Positions 22,127 to 32,923 of a DNA stretch of 64,000 nt are shown piece after piece. Within the stretch, counting starts at the first letter, position 1. Every line of letters begins with the position of its first letter. The translations under genes and the position numbers were made by a program. This stretch comes from Polyangiaceae bacterium. Lineage in GTDB: Bacteria > Myxococcota_A > Polyangia > Polyangiales > Polyangiaceae. The stretch spans positions 406,530-470,529 of the forward strand of contig JBILLK010000003.1 of assembly GCA_044376115.1 (NCBI GenBank). The letters are read 5' to 3'. Under the pieces are notes generated by a model. The model was given only the letters and a program-made list of their open reading frames with translations. It had not been told where the DNA came from and did not search any database.

Positions 22127-25100
22127 ATGCCCCGTCGCACGGATATCCGCAAGATCCTGATCATCGGATCCGGTCCGATCGTCATCGGTCAGGCCTGTGA
22201 GTTCGACTACTCCGGCACCCAAGGGGCCAAGACCCTGCGTGCCGAGGGATATGAGGTCGTGCTGGTGAACTCGAACCCAGCGACGATCATGACCGATCCA
22301 GAGCTGGCCGAGCGCACCTACGTCGAGCCGCTCGAGCCGGAGACGCTCACCGCCATCCTCGAACGCGAGCGACCCGACGCAATCCTTCCGACGCTCGGCG
22401 GCCAGACCGCGCTCAACCTCGCGCTCAAGTTGGCCGACCTCGGCGTGCTCGAGCGGCTGGGCATCCAGCTGATCGGTGCGAGCCCACCGGCGATTCGCAA
22501 GGCCGAAGACCGCCGCTTGTTCAAAGAGGCGATGGAGAAGATCGGCCTCGAGTGTGCGCGCAGCGGTTACGCCCGCTCGGTGGAAGAGGCGCTGCAGATC
22601 GTCGAACACGGCAGCGAAGACACACGCGGTCCCATCGGCTACCCGGTGATCATCCGGCCGAGCTTCACCTTGGGCGGCACCGGCGGCGGCATCGCTCGTA
22701 CGCGCGAGGAGCTCGCGGGCAAGCTCGCGTGGGCGCTCGATCAGAGCAAGGCCGATGAGGTGCTGATCGAAGAGAGCATCCTCGGTTGGAAAGAGTTCGA
22801 GCTCGAGGTGATCCGCGATGTGAAGGACAACTTCATCGTGGTGTGCACGATCGAGAACGTCGATCCGATGGGCGTTCACACCGGAGATTCGATCACGGTT
22901 GCCCCAGCGATGACGCTGACCGACCGCGAGTACCAAAGGCTTCGCGATGCTGCGCGCTCGGTCATGACTGAGATCGGCGTCGAGACCGGCGGCTCCAACG
23001 TGCAGTTCGCCGTGGACCCTGTGACTGGTCGTGTGGTCGTGATCGAGATGAACCCGCGCGTCTCCCGCTCGAGCGCGCTCGCCTCCAAGGCCACCGGCTA
23101 TCCGATCGCCAAGATCGCCGCCAAGCTCGCGGTTGGTTACACGCTCGACGAGCTGACCAACGACATGACCAACACCAGCGCCGCCTTCGAACCGACCATC
23201 GATTACGTGGTCGTGAAGTGGCCGCGCTTCGCCTTCGAGAAGTTCCCCGGCGCAGACCCGCGCTTGGGCACGCAGATGAAGAGCGTCGGTGAGGTGATGG
23301 CGATCGGCCGCACCTTCGCCGAGGCGTTGCAAAAGGCTGCTCGTTCGCTCGAAACAGGCAAGGACGGGCTGCAATCGCTGGTCGGCATCGTCGACTATGC
23401 GGCGTTGCTCGACGACACCAACCTCGGTCGCGACCTCGTGATGGAGGCCCCGGCTGATCCACGACCGCCGAACGAAGAGCCGCTCAGCGGCAAGCCGCTC
23501 GAGGCTGCGACGCTCACGCTCTCCACCATCCCCAGCGCAGAGCGCCTCTTCTACGTCGCCGACGCCATGCGCGCTGGCGTGACGGTGGAGCGCATGTTCG
23601 AGGCCACCAAGATCGACCGTTGGTTCCTTACGCAGATCCAACGCATCATCGACGCCGAGCGCGCGATCAGCCCGGCCTTGCTCGACGATGCGAGCCGCAT
23701 GCGCGGCTACAAGCGACTTGGCTTCACCGACAAGCGCATCGCGACCTTGCTAGCCGCACAGAACCCTTCGAGCCCGCGCCCAACCGAACTCAGCGTTCGT
23801 GCTCAACGCAAGCAGCTCGGCGTACTGGCCACGTTCGGGCGCGTCGATACCTGCGCGGCCGAGTTCCCCACCCAAACGCAGTACCTCTATTCATCGTACG
23901 AAGACTCGTCGGAGGCCGAGGTCTCGAGTCGACGCAAAGTGATTATCCTCGGCGGCGGCCCCAACCGAATCGGGCAAGGCATCGAGTTCGACTACTGCTG
24001 TGTTCATGCGGCCTTCGCGCTCCGTGAAGCAGGCGTTGAGACCATCATGGTCAACTGCAATCCGGAGACCGTTTCCACCGACTACGACACCGCAGATCGT
24101 CTTTACTTCGAGCCGCTCACGCTCGAGCACGTCCTCGACATCTACGAGACCGAGGCCGCCTCCGGCGAGGTGCTCGGGGTGATCGTGCAATACGGCGGGC
24201 AAACTCCGCTCAAATTGGCCCAGGCGCTGCACAAGGCGGGCGTGCCGCTGCTTGGCACTTCAGCGGATGCGATCGATCGCGCGGAGGACCGCGGTCGCTT
24301 CGACGAGCTCTTGACCAAGCTCAACATCTTGCGACCGCGCGGGGCGATCGCCAACGGCGTGGCCGAGGTGTTCCGCGTGGCAGGGGAGATCGGCTACCCC
24401 GTGGTGGTGCGCCCCTCCTACGTGCTCGGCGGGCGGGCGATGATGATCTGCCACGAGGAGGTCGACCTGAAGACCTACGTGCATCTCGCGGTCGAGGCCG
24501 CGCGCGAAGCCGGAACGCAGACGATCTTGGTGGATGAGTTCCTCGCCGATGCGATCGAGGTCGATGTCGACGCACTGGGAGATGGCAGCAATGTCGTGAT
24601 CGGCGGGGTGATGCAGCACGTTGAAGAGGCCGGCGTCCATTCGGGCGACTCGGCCAGCGTGCTTCCGCCCTACACGCTGCCTGCCGAGATCGTCGCGACG
24701 ATCGAAGCGCAGACCAAAGCGCTGGGCAAAGAGCTCGGTGTGCGCGGGCTGATGAACGTGCAGTTCGCCGTGAAGGACGGCAAAGTGTTCGTGATCGAGG
24801 TCAATCCCCGCGCTTCGCGTACCGTGCCCTTCGTCGCCAAGGCGACCGGGCGTCCCTTGGCCAAGCTGGGCGTGCGAGTAATGCTGGGAGCCACGCTGGA
24901 AGATCTCGGCCTTCGTGACGCCGCTCGACCCAAGCACGTCTCGGTCAAAGAGTCGGTGTTTCCCTTCGCGAAGTTCCCCGGCGTCGATCTGCAGCTCGGC
25001 CCGGAGATGCGATCGACCGGCGAGGTGATGGGCATCGGGCAGACCTTGGCCGAGGCCTTCGGCAAGGCTCAGGTCGCCTCGGGCGTCGTACTGCCGAAGA

Positions 25101-25507
25101 GCGGCGCTGTGCTGATCACGGTGAAAGACTCGGACAAAGCCCAAGCCTGCGTGGTCGCCGCGTTGCTCGCAGAGCTCGGCTTCTCGATCCTCGCGACGGC
25201 CGGCACCGCCCGCGCGCTCGCTGCAGCCGGCATCCAATCGGAGATCCTCGGGCGCGTTCGCGATGGCTCGCCGCACGTGGTGGACGCCATTCGTGAGGGC
25301 CGCGTTGCGTTGGTCGTCAACACCACCGTCGGCGCAAAGGCGATTCGCGATAGCTACTCGATTCGCCGTCAAAGCCTGCTCTCCAACGTTCCCCTGGTGA
25401 CGACGATGCCGGGCGCTACGGCCTTTGCCGACGCGATCGCGCACCAACGCAAGCACAAGACCACGGTCCTATCGCTTCAGGAGTGGCACTCCGCAGGCGA
25501 CCGCTAG
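22127..25507 (+). CDS. carB: Carbamoyl-phosphate synthase large subunit
   Basis: [30 protein letters not shown]; duplicated ATP-grasp; C-terminal MGS domain. Confidence 0.99.
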   Translation: MPRRTDIRKILIIGSGPIVIGQACEFDYSGTQGAKTLRAEGYEVVLVNSNPATIMTDPELAERTYVEPLEPETLTAILERERPDAILPTLGGQTALNLALKLADLGVLERLGIQLIGASPPAIRKAEDRRLFKEAMEKIGLECARSGYARSVEEALQIVEHGSEDTRGPIGYPVIIRPSFTLGGTGGGIARTREELAGKLAWALDQSKADEVLIEESILGWKEFELEVIRDVKDNFIVVCTIENVDPMGVHTGDSITVAPAMTLTDREYQRLRDAARSVMTEIGVETGGSNVQFAVDPVTGRVVVIEMNPRVSRSSALASKATGYPIAKIAAKLAVGYTLDELTNDMTNTSAAFEPTIDYVVVKWPRFAFEKFPGADPRLGTQMKSVGEVMAIGRTFAEALQKAARSLETGKDGLQSLVGIVDYAALLDDTNLGRDLVMEAPADPRPPNEEPLSGKPLEAATLTLSTIPSAERLFYVADAMRAGVTVERMFEATKIDRWFLTQIQRIIDAERAISPALLDDASRMRGYKRLGFTDKRIATLLAAQNPSSPRPTELSVRAQRKQLGVLATFGRVDTCAAEFPTQTQYLYSSYEDSSEAEVSSRRKVIILGGGPNRIGQGIEFDYCCVHAAFALREAGVETIMVNCNPETVSTDYDTADRLYFEPLTLEHVLDIYETEAASGEVLGVIVQYGGQTPLKLAQALHKAGVPLLGTSADAIDRAEDRGRFDELLTKLNILRPRGAIANGVAEVFRVAGEIGYPVVVRPSYVLGGRAMMICHEEVDLKTYVHLAVEAAREAGTQTILVDEFLADAIEVDVDALGDGSNVVIGGVMQHVEEAGVHSGDSASVLPPYTLPAEIVATIEAQTKALGKELGVRGLMNVQFAVKDGKVFVIEVNPRASRTVPFVAKATGRPLAKLGVRVMLGATLEDLGLRDAARPKHVSVKESVFPFAKFPGVDLQLGPEMRSTGEVMGIGQTLAEAFGKAQVASGVVLPKSGAVLITVKDSDKAQACVVAALLAELGFSILATAGTARALAAAGIQSEILGRVRDGSPHVVDAIREGRVALVVNTTVGAKAIRDSYSIRRQSLLSNVPLVTTMPGATAFADAIAHQRKHKTTVLSLQEWHSAGDR

Positions 25508-25516
25508 CCAACGCTC

Positions 25517-27334
25517 ATGAGCCTTGCGCTCCGACCCGTCGGACTCGGCTGCATGCGCTTCTCGGTCGTGCCTCATCGCGACCGCGAGATCGCCATCCAA
25601 TCGCTGGTCGCTGCTGCTCGACATGGCGTCAATCTGTTCGATACGGCGCCCAGCTACGGCCTCGGCGAGTGGGATGAGCATCACAACGAGCGGCTTTTGC
25701 GCGAAGCGCTCGCGGTCGCCGGGGAGGCGCGCGAGCACGTCCGCATCGCGACCAAGGTAGGCCTCGTTCGCGAGGGCGCGGCGTGGGTCCCCGATGGGCG
25801 CGCCAAAGCGATTCGAGCGTCCTGCGAAGCCAGCTTGCAAGCGCTTGACCGCTCAGTGCTCGACTTCGTCTTGTTGCACGCGATCGATCCGCGCACCAAC
25901 CTCGAGGTCAGCCTGCGTGCGTTGACCCAGCTCAAAGAGCAAGGCCTCGCGCGTGAGATCGGGATCTGCAACGTGAGCTGCACCCAGCTCGAGCTCGCAC
26001 AAAAGCTCGCGCCCATCAGCGCTGTGCAGCTCGCGTGGAGCCCCTTCGATCTGAACGCCCAACGCGCCGGCACCGTGCGTCATGCGCTCGCCGCCGGTCT
26101 ACTCACGATGGTGCATTCGCCGTTCGGCGGCCCCAAGCGTGCAGCGCGGCTCGCCAAGAACGCAGCGCTGCTTCGCGTCGCCGAACAGCTCGGCGTGCCG
26201 GCGCATACGGCCCTGCTGGCGTTGCACTACGCAACCAGCCCGCTGCTCGTTCCACTACCCGGTGCTGGTCGGCTCGAGACGGCGATCGAAGCGGGCCGAG
26301 CGGCGCGCGTGAGCCTCACCGACGAGCAGCGAAGCGAGCTGCGCGAGGCGCTCTCCTTCGATGACCCAACGGTCGCCCGAGCCGCCCTCGGTTCCACCGG
26401 CGACGACGCAGGGGAGATCGTCATGCTCGTCGGCATTCAGGCCGCCGGCAAATCAAGCGCCGCGCGCACGCTGGCCGAGCAAGGCTATCTGCGGCTCAAC
26501 CGCGATGAACGTGGCGGCACCCTCGCCGGGATCGCCAAGGAGCTGCAACAACGGCTAGAAGCCGGAGAGCGCCGCATCGTGCTCGACAATACCTATGTAA
26601 CGCGCGCGCAACGCGGTCGCGTACTCGAGCTGGCCGCACAGTTCGGCGTACCGGTGCGCGCCGTTTACTTCAATATCGCTTTGGAGGTCGCCCAGGTGCG
26701 CGCGGTCCGGCGCATGCTCGAAGCGGGGAACGGCCTGCTGCAACCGGAGGCCTTGCGCGCGGCTGCCAAAACCAACCCGCACGCCTTTCCGCCGATGGTT
26801 CAGCTGCGTACCCAACGCGAACTCGAGCCTCCGCGTATGGATGAGGGCTATAGCGCTATCGACGAGCAGCAAACGGCGCGGCCTACCGAGCGACTCGTTG
26901 ACCCCACGCAGGTCGCCGAGTTCGAAGCAGTCGCGATCTTGGCCGATTGCTTGGCGCACCCCGGCCTGTCTCTCGCCGATAGCCTGCGAGCGTGGCGCAC
27001 CGACCTGGCCGCTAAGCCTCTATTGGTCTTTGCCTGGTGCCTTCCAGAGCATGAGCCTCAGCTCCGAGCCCAATTGGACAGCTTGCAGGAACTTAAAGTA
27101 GATAACGCATTATGTGCTCACGGCGGAGGCCCGCCGCTATGTTGGTGTAGGCCGCCCTTGCCTGGGCTACTCCTTTCCTGGGCGCAGCAACGTGGTATTG
27201 CGCTCGAGCGCTGCCTCGTTATCGGTAGTGGGCCTGCGCACCGTGCCATGGCTCGGGCGGTGGGAGCGGCCTTCAGCCTCTGCCGCACGGTCTACGATTC
27301 CTCGGGCTCTTCGGCGAACAGCGCTCGAAAGTAG
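25517..27334 (+). CDS. Aldo/keto reductase fused to a P-loop kinase (AAA_33-like) and a degenerate HAD-IIIA-like domain
   Basis: GLGCM, FDTAPSYG, IATKVG, IGICN (AKR); MLVGIQAAGKSS, LNRD, VLDNT (kinase); CAH..CWCRPPLPGLL (GmhB-like). Confidence 0.85.
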   Translation: MSLALRPVGLGCMRFSVVPHRDREIAIQSLVAAARHGVNLFDTAPSYGLGEWDEHHNERLLREALAVAGEAREHVRIATKVGLVREGAAWVPDGRAKAIRASCEASLQALDRSVLDFVLLHAIDPRTNLEVSLRALTQLKEQGLAREIGICNVSCTQLELAQKLAPISAVQLAWSPFDLNAQRAGTVRHALAAGLLTMVHSPFGGPKRAARLAKNAALLRVAEQLGVPAHTALLALHYATSPLLVPLPGAGRLETAIEAGRAARVSLTDEQRSELREALSFDDPTVARAALGSTGDDAGEIVMLVGIQAAGKSSAARTLAEQGYLRLNRDERGGTLAGIAKELQQRLEAGERRIVLDNTYVTRAQRGRVLELAAQFGVPVRAVYFNIALEVAQVRAVRRMLEAGNGLLQPEALRAAAKTNPHAFPPMVQLRTQRELEPPRMDEGYSAIDEQQTARPTERLVDPTQVAEFEAVAILADCLAHPGLSLADSLRAWRTDLAAKPLLVFAWCLPEHEPQLRAQLDSLQELKVDNALCAHGGGPPLCWCRPPLPGLLLSWAQQRGIALERCLVIGSGPAHRAMARAVGAAFSLCRTVYDSSGSSANSARK

Positions 27335-28056
27335 GATTGCGGGTCCCGCAGAAAGTCCCGCGTAAGCCGGACGTGCTCGGTCTCTTCCGGGTCAATGCGG
27401 TTAATACCGCTCGCTGAAAGGTGGAAGACGTCCGCGCCCGGATAGAGCAGCAACATCGGGGAATGCGTGGCGATCAGGAACTGCGCGCGCTGGGTCCGCT
27501 CGAGATCATAAAGGATGCGTAGAAAGGCTAATTGCCGTTGCGGCGATAGCGCAGCCTCCGGCTCGTCCAAGATGAACAGGCCGTCACGCCAACGATTCTG
27601 AAACAGCGATAAAAAAGACTCGCCGTGCGACTGCTCGAGCAGGGGCGCGGTCCCGCCATAAAGGCTGCGGTCCCCAACCGAATCAATGTAGCTCGCAAAA
27701 TCGAAGAAGCTCTCGGCCCGCATGAAGAAGCCGCTCGAGACCTTGGGTAACCAGGCGAGCCGCAAGCTCTCGGCCAGCAGCGAGCCTTCCCCCGGTTGCG
27801 CGTGGCCGTGATCGAGCGTGCCTCCCTGCAAGCTGAACCCGCAAAGCACCGCGATCGCCTCGAGCAGAGTCGACTTTCCGCTCCCATTTTCCCCGACCAG
27901 GAAGGTGACTTTGCGTTTGAGCGTTAGGTCAATACCTTGGGCGAACGCTGGAATGTTGAACGGGAACTGATCACTTGTAGCGAGCTCTGGCCGGCTCCTG
28001 ATGCTACGCAGGAAAGGCTCATTGGTCTTTTGGAGAGGAGACTTTCGGCGGTTCAT
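27292..28056 (-). CDS. ABC-fold predicted ATPase (COG3910/AAA_21-like)
   Basis: GENGSGKST, EQSHGESF, ILDEPEAALSPQRQ, IATHSP. Confidence 0.92.
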   Translation of the reverse strand: MNRRKSPLQKTNEPFLRSIRSRPELATSDQFPFNIPAFAQGIDLTLKRKVTFLVGENGSGKSTLLEAIAVLCGFSLQGGTLDHGHAQPGEGSLLAESLRLAWLPKVSSGFFMRAESFFDFASYIDSVGDRSLYGGTAPLLEQSHGESFLSLFQNRWRDGLFILDEPEAALSPQRQLAFLRILYDLERTQRAQFLIATHSPMLLLYPGADVFHLSASGINRIDPEETEHVRLTRDFLRDPQSYFRALFAEEPEES

Positions 28057-28106
28057 CGTCGAGGGCTTCGTTTGGCCGGTTGGTCAAGGTTGGCGTAGGG
28101 TACGTT

Positions 28107-28829
28107 ATGCGCTCCCTGGTTCTACCGCTATGCGCCTTTCTGTTGGTGTCGGGGGCGGAGCGCCCATCGGCGGAGGCTGCTAAAAAGGTGACCACTCCGA
28201 CGCGAGTAGCGCGCGCCGCCGAGAACGCTCAGGCCTCGTTGGCTCCGCTGCTCAAGAGCAAGTCCTTGCGGCTGGGGGATGAGGTCTTCTTGCGCGCTTT
28301 CAAGGAGGAGTCCGAACTCGAGGTGTGGCTGCGGCATGACGAAAAGTTTGAGCTGCTGAAGACCTATGAAATCTGTGCGGCCTCGGGGGAACTAGGGCCC
28401 AAACAGCGCGTGGGAGACGAGCAAGTACCGGAGGGCTTCTACAGCGTAGCGGCCTCAGCGATGAACCCTGCGAGCAGCTATCACCTGTCATTCAACGTTG
28501 GCTATCCCAACACCTACGACAAGAAGCTAGGGCGCACCGGCAGCCTAATTATGATTCATGGGGATTGCGTATCGATCGGCTGTCTCGCCATGACCGACGA
28601 AGGCATCGAGGAGATCTACACGCTGGTTGATGCCGCTCATCGAGGCGGGCAGAAGGCTGTGCAGGTTCAGCTACTGCCGTTTCGGCTAACCAAGAAGAAG
28701 CTCGCGCAGCACAAGGCCAGTGAATGGCACTCCTTCTGGCAGAACCTGAAGCAGGGCTATGACCTGTTTGAGAAGCACCGCATCCCTCCCAAGGTCAGCG
28801 TGAAGGACGGCGAATATGCGTTTGAGTAG
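28107..28829 (+). CDS. YafK/DpaA-like L,D-transpeptidase-family protein
   Basis: RAFKEESELEVW, GPKQRVGDEQVPEGFY, IMIHGDCVSIGCLAM. Confidence 0.92.
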   Translation: MRSLVLPLCAFLLVSGAERPSAEAAKKVTTPTRVARAAENAQASLAPLLKSKSLRLGDEVFLRAFKEESELEVWLRHDEKFELLKTYEICAASGELGPKQRVGDEQVPEGFYSVAASAMNPASSYHLSFNVGYPNTYDKKLGRTGSLIMIHGDCVSIGCLAMTDEGIEEIYTLVDAAHRGGQKAVQVQLLPFRLTKKKLAQHKASEWHSFWQNLKQGYDLFEKHRIPPKVSVKDGEYAFE

Positions 28830-28874
28830 TTCTGATACGTGACCACGGCCGTCACTCGTGGCAAATAGCTAAGC

Positions 28875-29525
28875 ATGACCATCACGCGGATGTTTCCGGC
28901 CGCTTGCCTGTGCATCGTAGCCTGCGGCTCAGCTCAAACCGGCACTCGAGACGAAGCCGATCGAGGGGATGACCTCCTGGAGGAGGCGCCTCCCACCGCA
29001 ACGGCCGCGCCCAAACCCCCCGCGCCCACTGCATCGACCAAGCCGGAGCCCAGCGCAGACCCGAACGCCGTTAGCTCTTTTGCTGCAGCGCCTATGGCCG
29101 ACTTCGTCGGCAGCACTCTGCGCCTCACCTACGAAGGCGCTACCGCGACGCTCGCGGATAGCGCGCTGGTCCCCTCTGGAAAGACCTTCATCTTGCGGTT
29201 TCAACAGCCCGCTGCCAACGGCGCGCACGTCTTCAAGCTCATGCCGAAAGAGCTCGCGGCCGGTGTCCCGTCGAAGATCGAGGGCAAAGGCAGCTTCTTT
29301 CTGCAGCTGAGTGACGGCAAGAACGCTGACGGCACTTTCAAGCGAACGGACGTTACTGACTCTTGCGAAGTGAACGGTACGCTGACCGTTACCGAGCTAC
29401 CAAAGGCCGGTGGTAAAGCCAAAGGGAGCGTTGACCTAACCATTACCTGCAAAGGCGTTGAGGATCTGCGGGAGCCGTTTACCCTCAAGGGTGAGTTCAG
29501 CGGCGTCCCGCTGATGGCGAAGTAG
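28875..29525 (+). CDS. Hypothetical lipoprotein
   Basis: Lipobox IVAC, Pro/Ala linker, beta-rich domain. Confidence 0.75.
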   Translation: MTITRMFPAACLCIVACGSAQTGTRDEADRGDDLLEEAPPTATAAPKPPAPTASTKPEPSADPNAVSSFAAAPMADFVGSTLRLTYEGATATLADSALVPSGKTFILRFQQPAANGAHVFKLMPKELAAGVPSKIEGKGSFFLQLSDGKNADGTFKRTDVTDSCEVNGTLTVTELPKAGGKAKGSVDLTITCKGVEDLREPFTLKGEFSGVPLMAK

Positions 29526-29574
29526 TCGCGGAAACGAGGGCGCCTTCATTGCTGGCTTGTGACACTATCCCGCA

Positions 29575-30279
29575 ATGAAGTTCGCTCGTGCCCTCGGGCT
29601 CTCGCTGATGTTGCTCAGTGCAGTAGGCTGTTCTTCCCAGTCCAGCGGCTCCGAGCCAACCGCGCCCGTCCTCTCGGTGGAGCTGCCATCGGCTGTGGCC
29701 CGTTCGGCTGTGCCAGCGCCGTCTGCCACGGCCGAAGCAAAGCCAGTGAACCCCGACGCCCTCGAGTTTGACGGCTTCAAGCTCGGGGACAACTACGGCG
29801 ACAAGGTGCTTGTTCGCGAGCCGTATCAAAAGCCTTGTGACGATGATCCGATCGACAAGAAGCAACAGCGCTTCATGGTGTACGGCGCTTTGCCTTGCCG
29901 CAGGCGGACCTTCCCCGAGGCAACGACGGTGGCCTTCTTTCTGGCCTACGCAGACGACAAGGACTTCAAGCAGCCGATTGAGGCCCTTGCCTGGCTCGGC
30001 GGTAACTACTTTGCGAGCCGCTCAAACTTTCCGGTCCGTACTGGGGAACTGGCCGAGGTCGCGGATAAGGCGCTCGGCCCAGTGCAGCTGAGCTTCCCCT
30101 TAGAAGGAAAAGGCGTTTCCTTGCAGGTGCGGCGTCACTCCGAGCGCATCTGGTCGCTGACCGAGGGCGGCCGCACTGTTGGCTTCGCGGTGGGTAAGAT
30201 GCCGAATGACACGGAGCGGGAGCCGTGGCGAGCGCTTTTAGAGATGTATCGGAGCTATACCAAACCCTCGAAGCAATAG
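29575..30279 (+). CDS. Hypothetical lipoprotein
   Basis: Lipobox AVGC, Ser/Pro/Ala linker. Confidence 0.75.
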   Translation: MKFARALGLSLMLLSAVGCSSQSSGSEPTAPVLSVELPSAVARSAVPAPSATAEAKPVNPDALEFDGFKLGDNYGDKVLVREPYQKPCDDDPIDKKQQRFMVYGALPCRRRTFPEATTVAFFLAYADDKDFKQPIEALAWLGGNYFASRSNFPVRTGELAEVADKALGPVQLSFPLEGKGVSLQVRRHSERIWSLTEGGRTVGFAVGKMPNDTEREPWRALLEMYRSYTKPSKQ

Positions 30280-30282
30280 CGT

Positions 30283-31473
30283 CTAGGCGTGGGCTGCGGC
30301 CACGTCACCGGACAGCGCTGCGCGGAGCACTCGTTCGGCTTGGGCCACATTGCACGGTACCGGGTTCGATCCGAGGGAAGGGTCATTCATCGACATCTCG
30401 GCGATGAGCTTGAGCTTCTCCTCGCTGAGTCCTTCCACCTCGGCGAGCGTATGCGGCATACCAACCTCTTTGCGCAGTTGTAGTAGCCAGCCCATGACCG
30501 CATCCACGCCGGTTCCCTCGAGGTTGAGCGCGCGGCTGAGATGCTGCATTTTCTCTTCCACCGCCGCTCGATTGAACTCGAGCACGTAGGGCATGAAGAT
30601 GGCGTTGGCCGTCCCGTGATGAAGCCCCAGCAAGCCGCCAATCGGGTGGGACAGCGCATGCACGAGACCGAGCCCCTTCTGAAACGCCGTAGCGCCCATC
30701 GTCGCCGCCATCAACATATGCGTACGCGCCGTCAGATCGGCGCCGTCACGAACCGCGATAGGCAGATAGCGCGAGATCAGCCGCATCGCCTCGACCGCGA
30801 TACCGTCGGCCATGGGGTGATAGCCCGGGGCGCAATACGCCTCGAAGGCATGGGCCAGGGCGTCCATCCCGGTCGCGGCCGTAAGCCTTTGCGATAGCCC
30901 CGCCGTTAGCTCCGGATCGGCCAGGACGAGAGATGGCAAGAGCCGCGGGTGGAAGATGATCTTCTTTGCGTGATCCCGCGGATCAGCGATGACGCCACAA
31001 CGACCAACCTCTGAGCCAGTGCCGGCCGTGGTCGGAATGGCGATCATCTTGACGACCTTATCGGGGTCAGCCCGTTTGAAGTTATCCCCAATATCCTCAT
31101 AGTCGAAGACCGTCCCTGGGTTGTGAGCGAGCAGCGCTACACACTTACCAACGTCCATGGCCGAGCCGCCGCCGCAGAGGACGATGCCGTCGGCGTTGGC
31201 GGCGCGGAAGGCCTCGAGACCACGGCTGACGTCCTCATCACTTGGGTTGGGCGTCACCTCGGAGAAGACGGCGCCCAAGAGGCCCGCCTCTTTCAGCCCA
31301 GCCTCCAAGCGAGCGAACCACGGTAGGGCTCGCACGCCAGGATCCGTGCAAAGCAGCACGCGCGTAAAGCCGAGCTCCCGACAGGCCGCGGGCAGCTCTG
31401 CGACGATACCGACGCCGATACGGAAGGGGGTGGGGTAGTTGGAACGGCCGCGCGGAGTCTCAGAGTTTTGCAT
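30283..31473 (-). CDS. Iron-containing alcohol dehydrogenase
   Basis: GGGSAMDVGK, IPTTAGTGSE, GMDALAHAFE, HALSH, HHG. Confidence 0.95.
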   Translation of the reverse strand: MQNSETPRGRSNYPTPFRIGVGIVAELPAACRELGFTRVLLCTDPGVRALPWFARLEAGLKEAGLLGAVFSEVTPNPSDEDVSRGLEAFRAANADGIVLCGGGSAMDVGKCVALLAHNPGTVFDYEDIGDNFKRADPDKVVKMIAIPTTAGTGSEVGRCGVIADPRDHAKKIIFHPRLLPSLVLADPELTAGLSQRLTAATGMDALAHAFEAYCAPGYHPMADGIAVEAMRLISRYLPIAVRDGADLTARTHMLMAATMGATAFQKGLGLVHALSHPIGGLLGLHHGTANAIFMPYVLEFNRAAVEEKMQHLSRALNLEGTGVDAVMGWLLQLRKEVGMPHTLAEVEGLSEEKLKLIAEMSMNDPSLGSNPVPCNVAQAERVLRAALSGDVAAAHA

Positions 31474-31521
31474 GGGGTTCTCAGGCAGAAAGGTGTTGGA
31501 GCCAGAAGGACGAATAGCGAG

Positions 31522-32901
31522 TTAGATAATCTCGAAGTAGCGAGCAAGCTCCCAATCGGAGACATGTTTCTTGTACTCGCGTACCTCCCAATTACGGGTA
31601 GCGACGAAGTGATCGACGAAGCCTGAGCCAAAGAGCTCGCGAGCGGCTTGTGAAGCCTCGAGCCGTTGGGCGGCCTCCTCCAGCGAGGAGGGGATCTTGG
31701 CCGCGAGCTCCTGCGGCGCTTGATAGGCATTGCCAAGTACAGGCGGGCCGAGCTCGAGCTGCTCCTCGATTCCGCGCAGGCCGGTGCCTAGCGCCGCGGC
31801 GAGCGCAAGATACGGGTTCGCGTCGGCCGGCCCGATGCGGAACTCCACGCGTTGGCTCTTCTCGCTACCTGGAATGACCCGTAGCGCGGTGGTTCGGTTC
31901 TCGACGCCCCAGCTCGAGGTGGTCGGCGCCCACATCCCGGGCACGAGCCGGCGATAGTCGTTGATGGTGGGGCAGACCATCGCCAAAATCTCCGGCAAGT
32001 ACTTCACCTGCCCGGCGACGAAGGAGCGCATCGTCTTCGACATCGAGTGGGGGCTGCCCGCCTCGTAGAAGGCGCTCTTCCCGTCGCTCTTATTGAATAG
32101 CGATAGATGGATATGCCCGCTCTGTCCCGGAACCCCGGCGTTCCACTTGGCCATGAAGGTCGCGAGCAGGCCGCGCCGTTGGGCTAGGATCTTGGTGAAG
32201 GTCTTGAACAAGGTCGCGCGGTCAGCGGCCTCCCGAACCTCCACCACGCGGAGTGCCGCTTCCAACACGCCCGGCCCCGTCTCGGTGTGGAGCCCTTCGA
32301 TCGGGCAGCGCAGCGCTACCATGGTATCGAGTAGCTCGTGGTAGAGCTCGGCGTGCACGCCGCTACGCAACATCGAGTAGCCGAACATGCCCGGCGTAAA
32401 CGGCTTCAAATCGCGATAGCCCTTGGCCCGCGCGGATTCCGGCGTCTCCTGAAATAGGAAGAACTCGTATTCGAGCGCGCCCCAAACGTCGAAGCCGAGC
32501 GAGGCCGCGCGCCCAGCGATATTGTGGAGCACGCTGCGCGCGCAGGCATCGGCGTAACTATCAACGAAGCTGCCGAGCAATAAGATGGTATCCGGCTCGA
32601 AGGGGACGCGCCGCAAGGTGCCTAAGTCCAGCTTGACCGGGGCATCGCGGTAGCCGGTATGCCAGCCGGCTACTTTGGTATTGTCGTAAAGGACGTCCCC
32701 GCTGTCCCAGCCGACGACGACATCACAAAAGCCGAAGCCCTTCTCGGCGCAGGCCAAGAACTTCGACTTCTCGACGTACTTGCCGCGCAAAATCCCGTCG
32801 ATGTCAGTGACAGCCATTTTGAAACGGCGAATACCGTTGGCTTCGATCCACGCCGAGAGTTCCTCGACCGTCTTCACCTTCGTTATGTCGGATTCGCTCA
32901 T
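31522..32901 (-). CDS. Glutamine synthetase-family (gamma-glutamyl-amine ligase-like) protein
   Basis: DIDGILRGK, EYEFFLF, HTETGPGVLE, SGHIHLSL, WGVENRT, ANPYLA. Confidence 0.92.
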   Translation of the reverse strand: MSESDITKVKTVEELSAWIEANGIRRFKMAVTDIDGILRGKYVEKSKFLACAEKGFGFCDVVVGWDSGDVLYDNTKVAGWHTGYRDAPVKLDLGTLRRVPFEPDTILLLGSFVDSYADACARSVLHNIAGRAASLGFDVWGALEYEFFLFQETPESARAKGYRDLKPFTPGMFGYSMLRSGVHAELYHELLDTMVALRCPIEGLHTETGPGVLEAALRVVEVREAADRATLFKTFTKILAQRRGLLATFMAKWNAGVPGQSGHIHLSLFNKSDGKSAFYEAGSPHSMSKTMRSFVAGQVKYLPEILAMVCPTINDYRRLVPGMWAPTTSSWGVENRTTALRVIPGSEKSQRVEFRIGPADANPYLALAAALGTGLRGIEEQLELGPPVLGNAYQAPQELAAKIPSSLEEAAQRLEASQAARELFGSGFVDHFVATRNWEVREYKKHVSDWELARYFEII

Positions 32902-32923
32902 GGGGACCTCGCGGGTTTCAGTT

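Noticed and set aside
22055..23641. Long antisense or alternate-frame ORFs (e.g. 528 aa here, 52507-54321, 1829-2785)
   Set aside because: Shadow ORFs of real genes in high-GC DNA
28829..28840. gttctgatacgt occurs after the stops of both the L,D-transpeptidase and nfi (about 48010)
   Set aside because: Shared 12-mers are expected by chance in 64 kb
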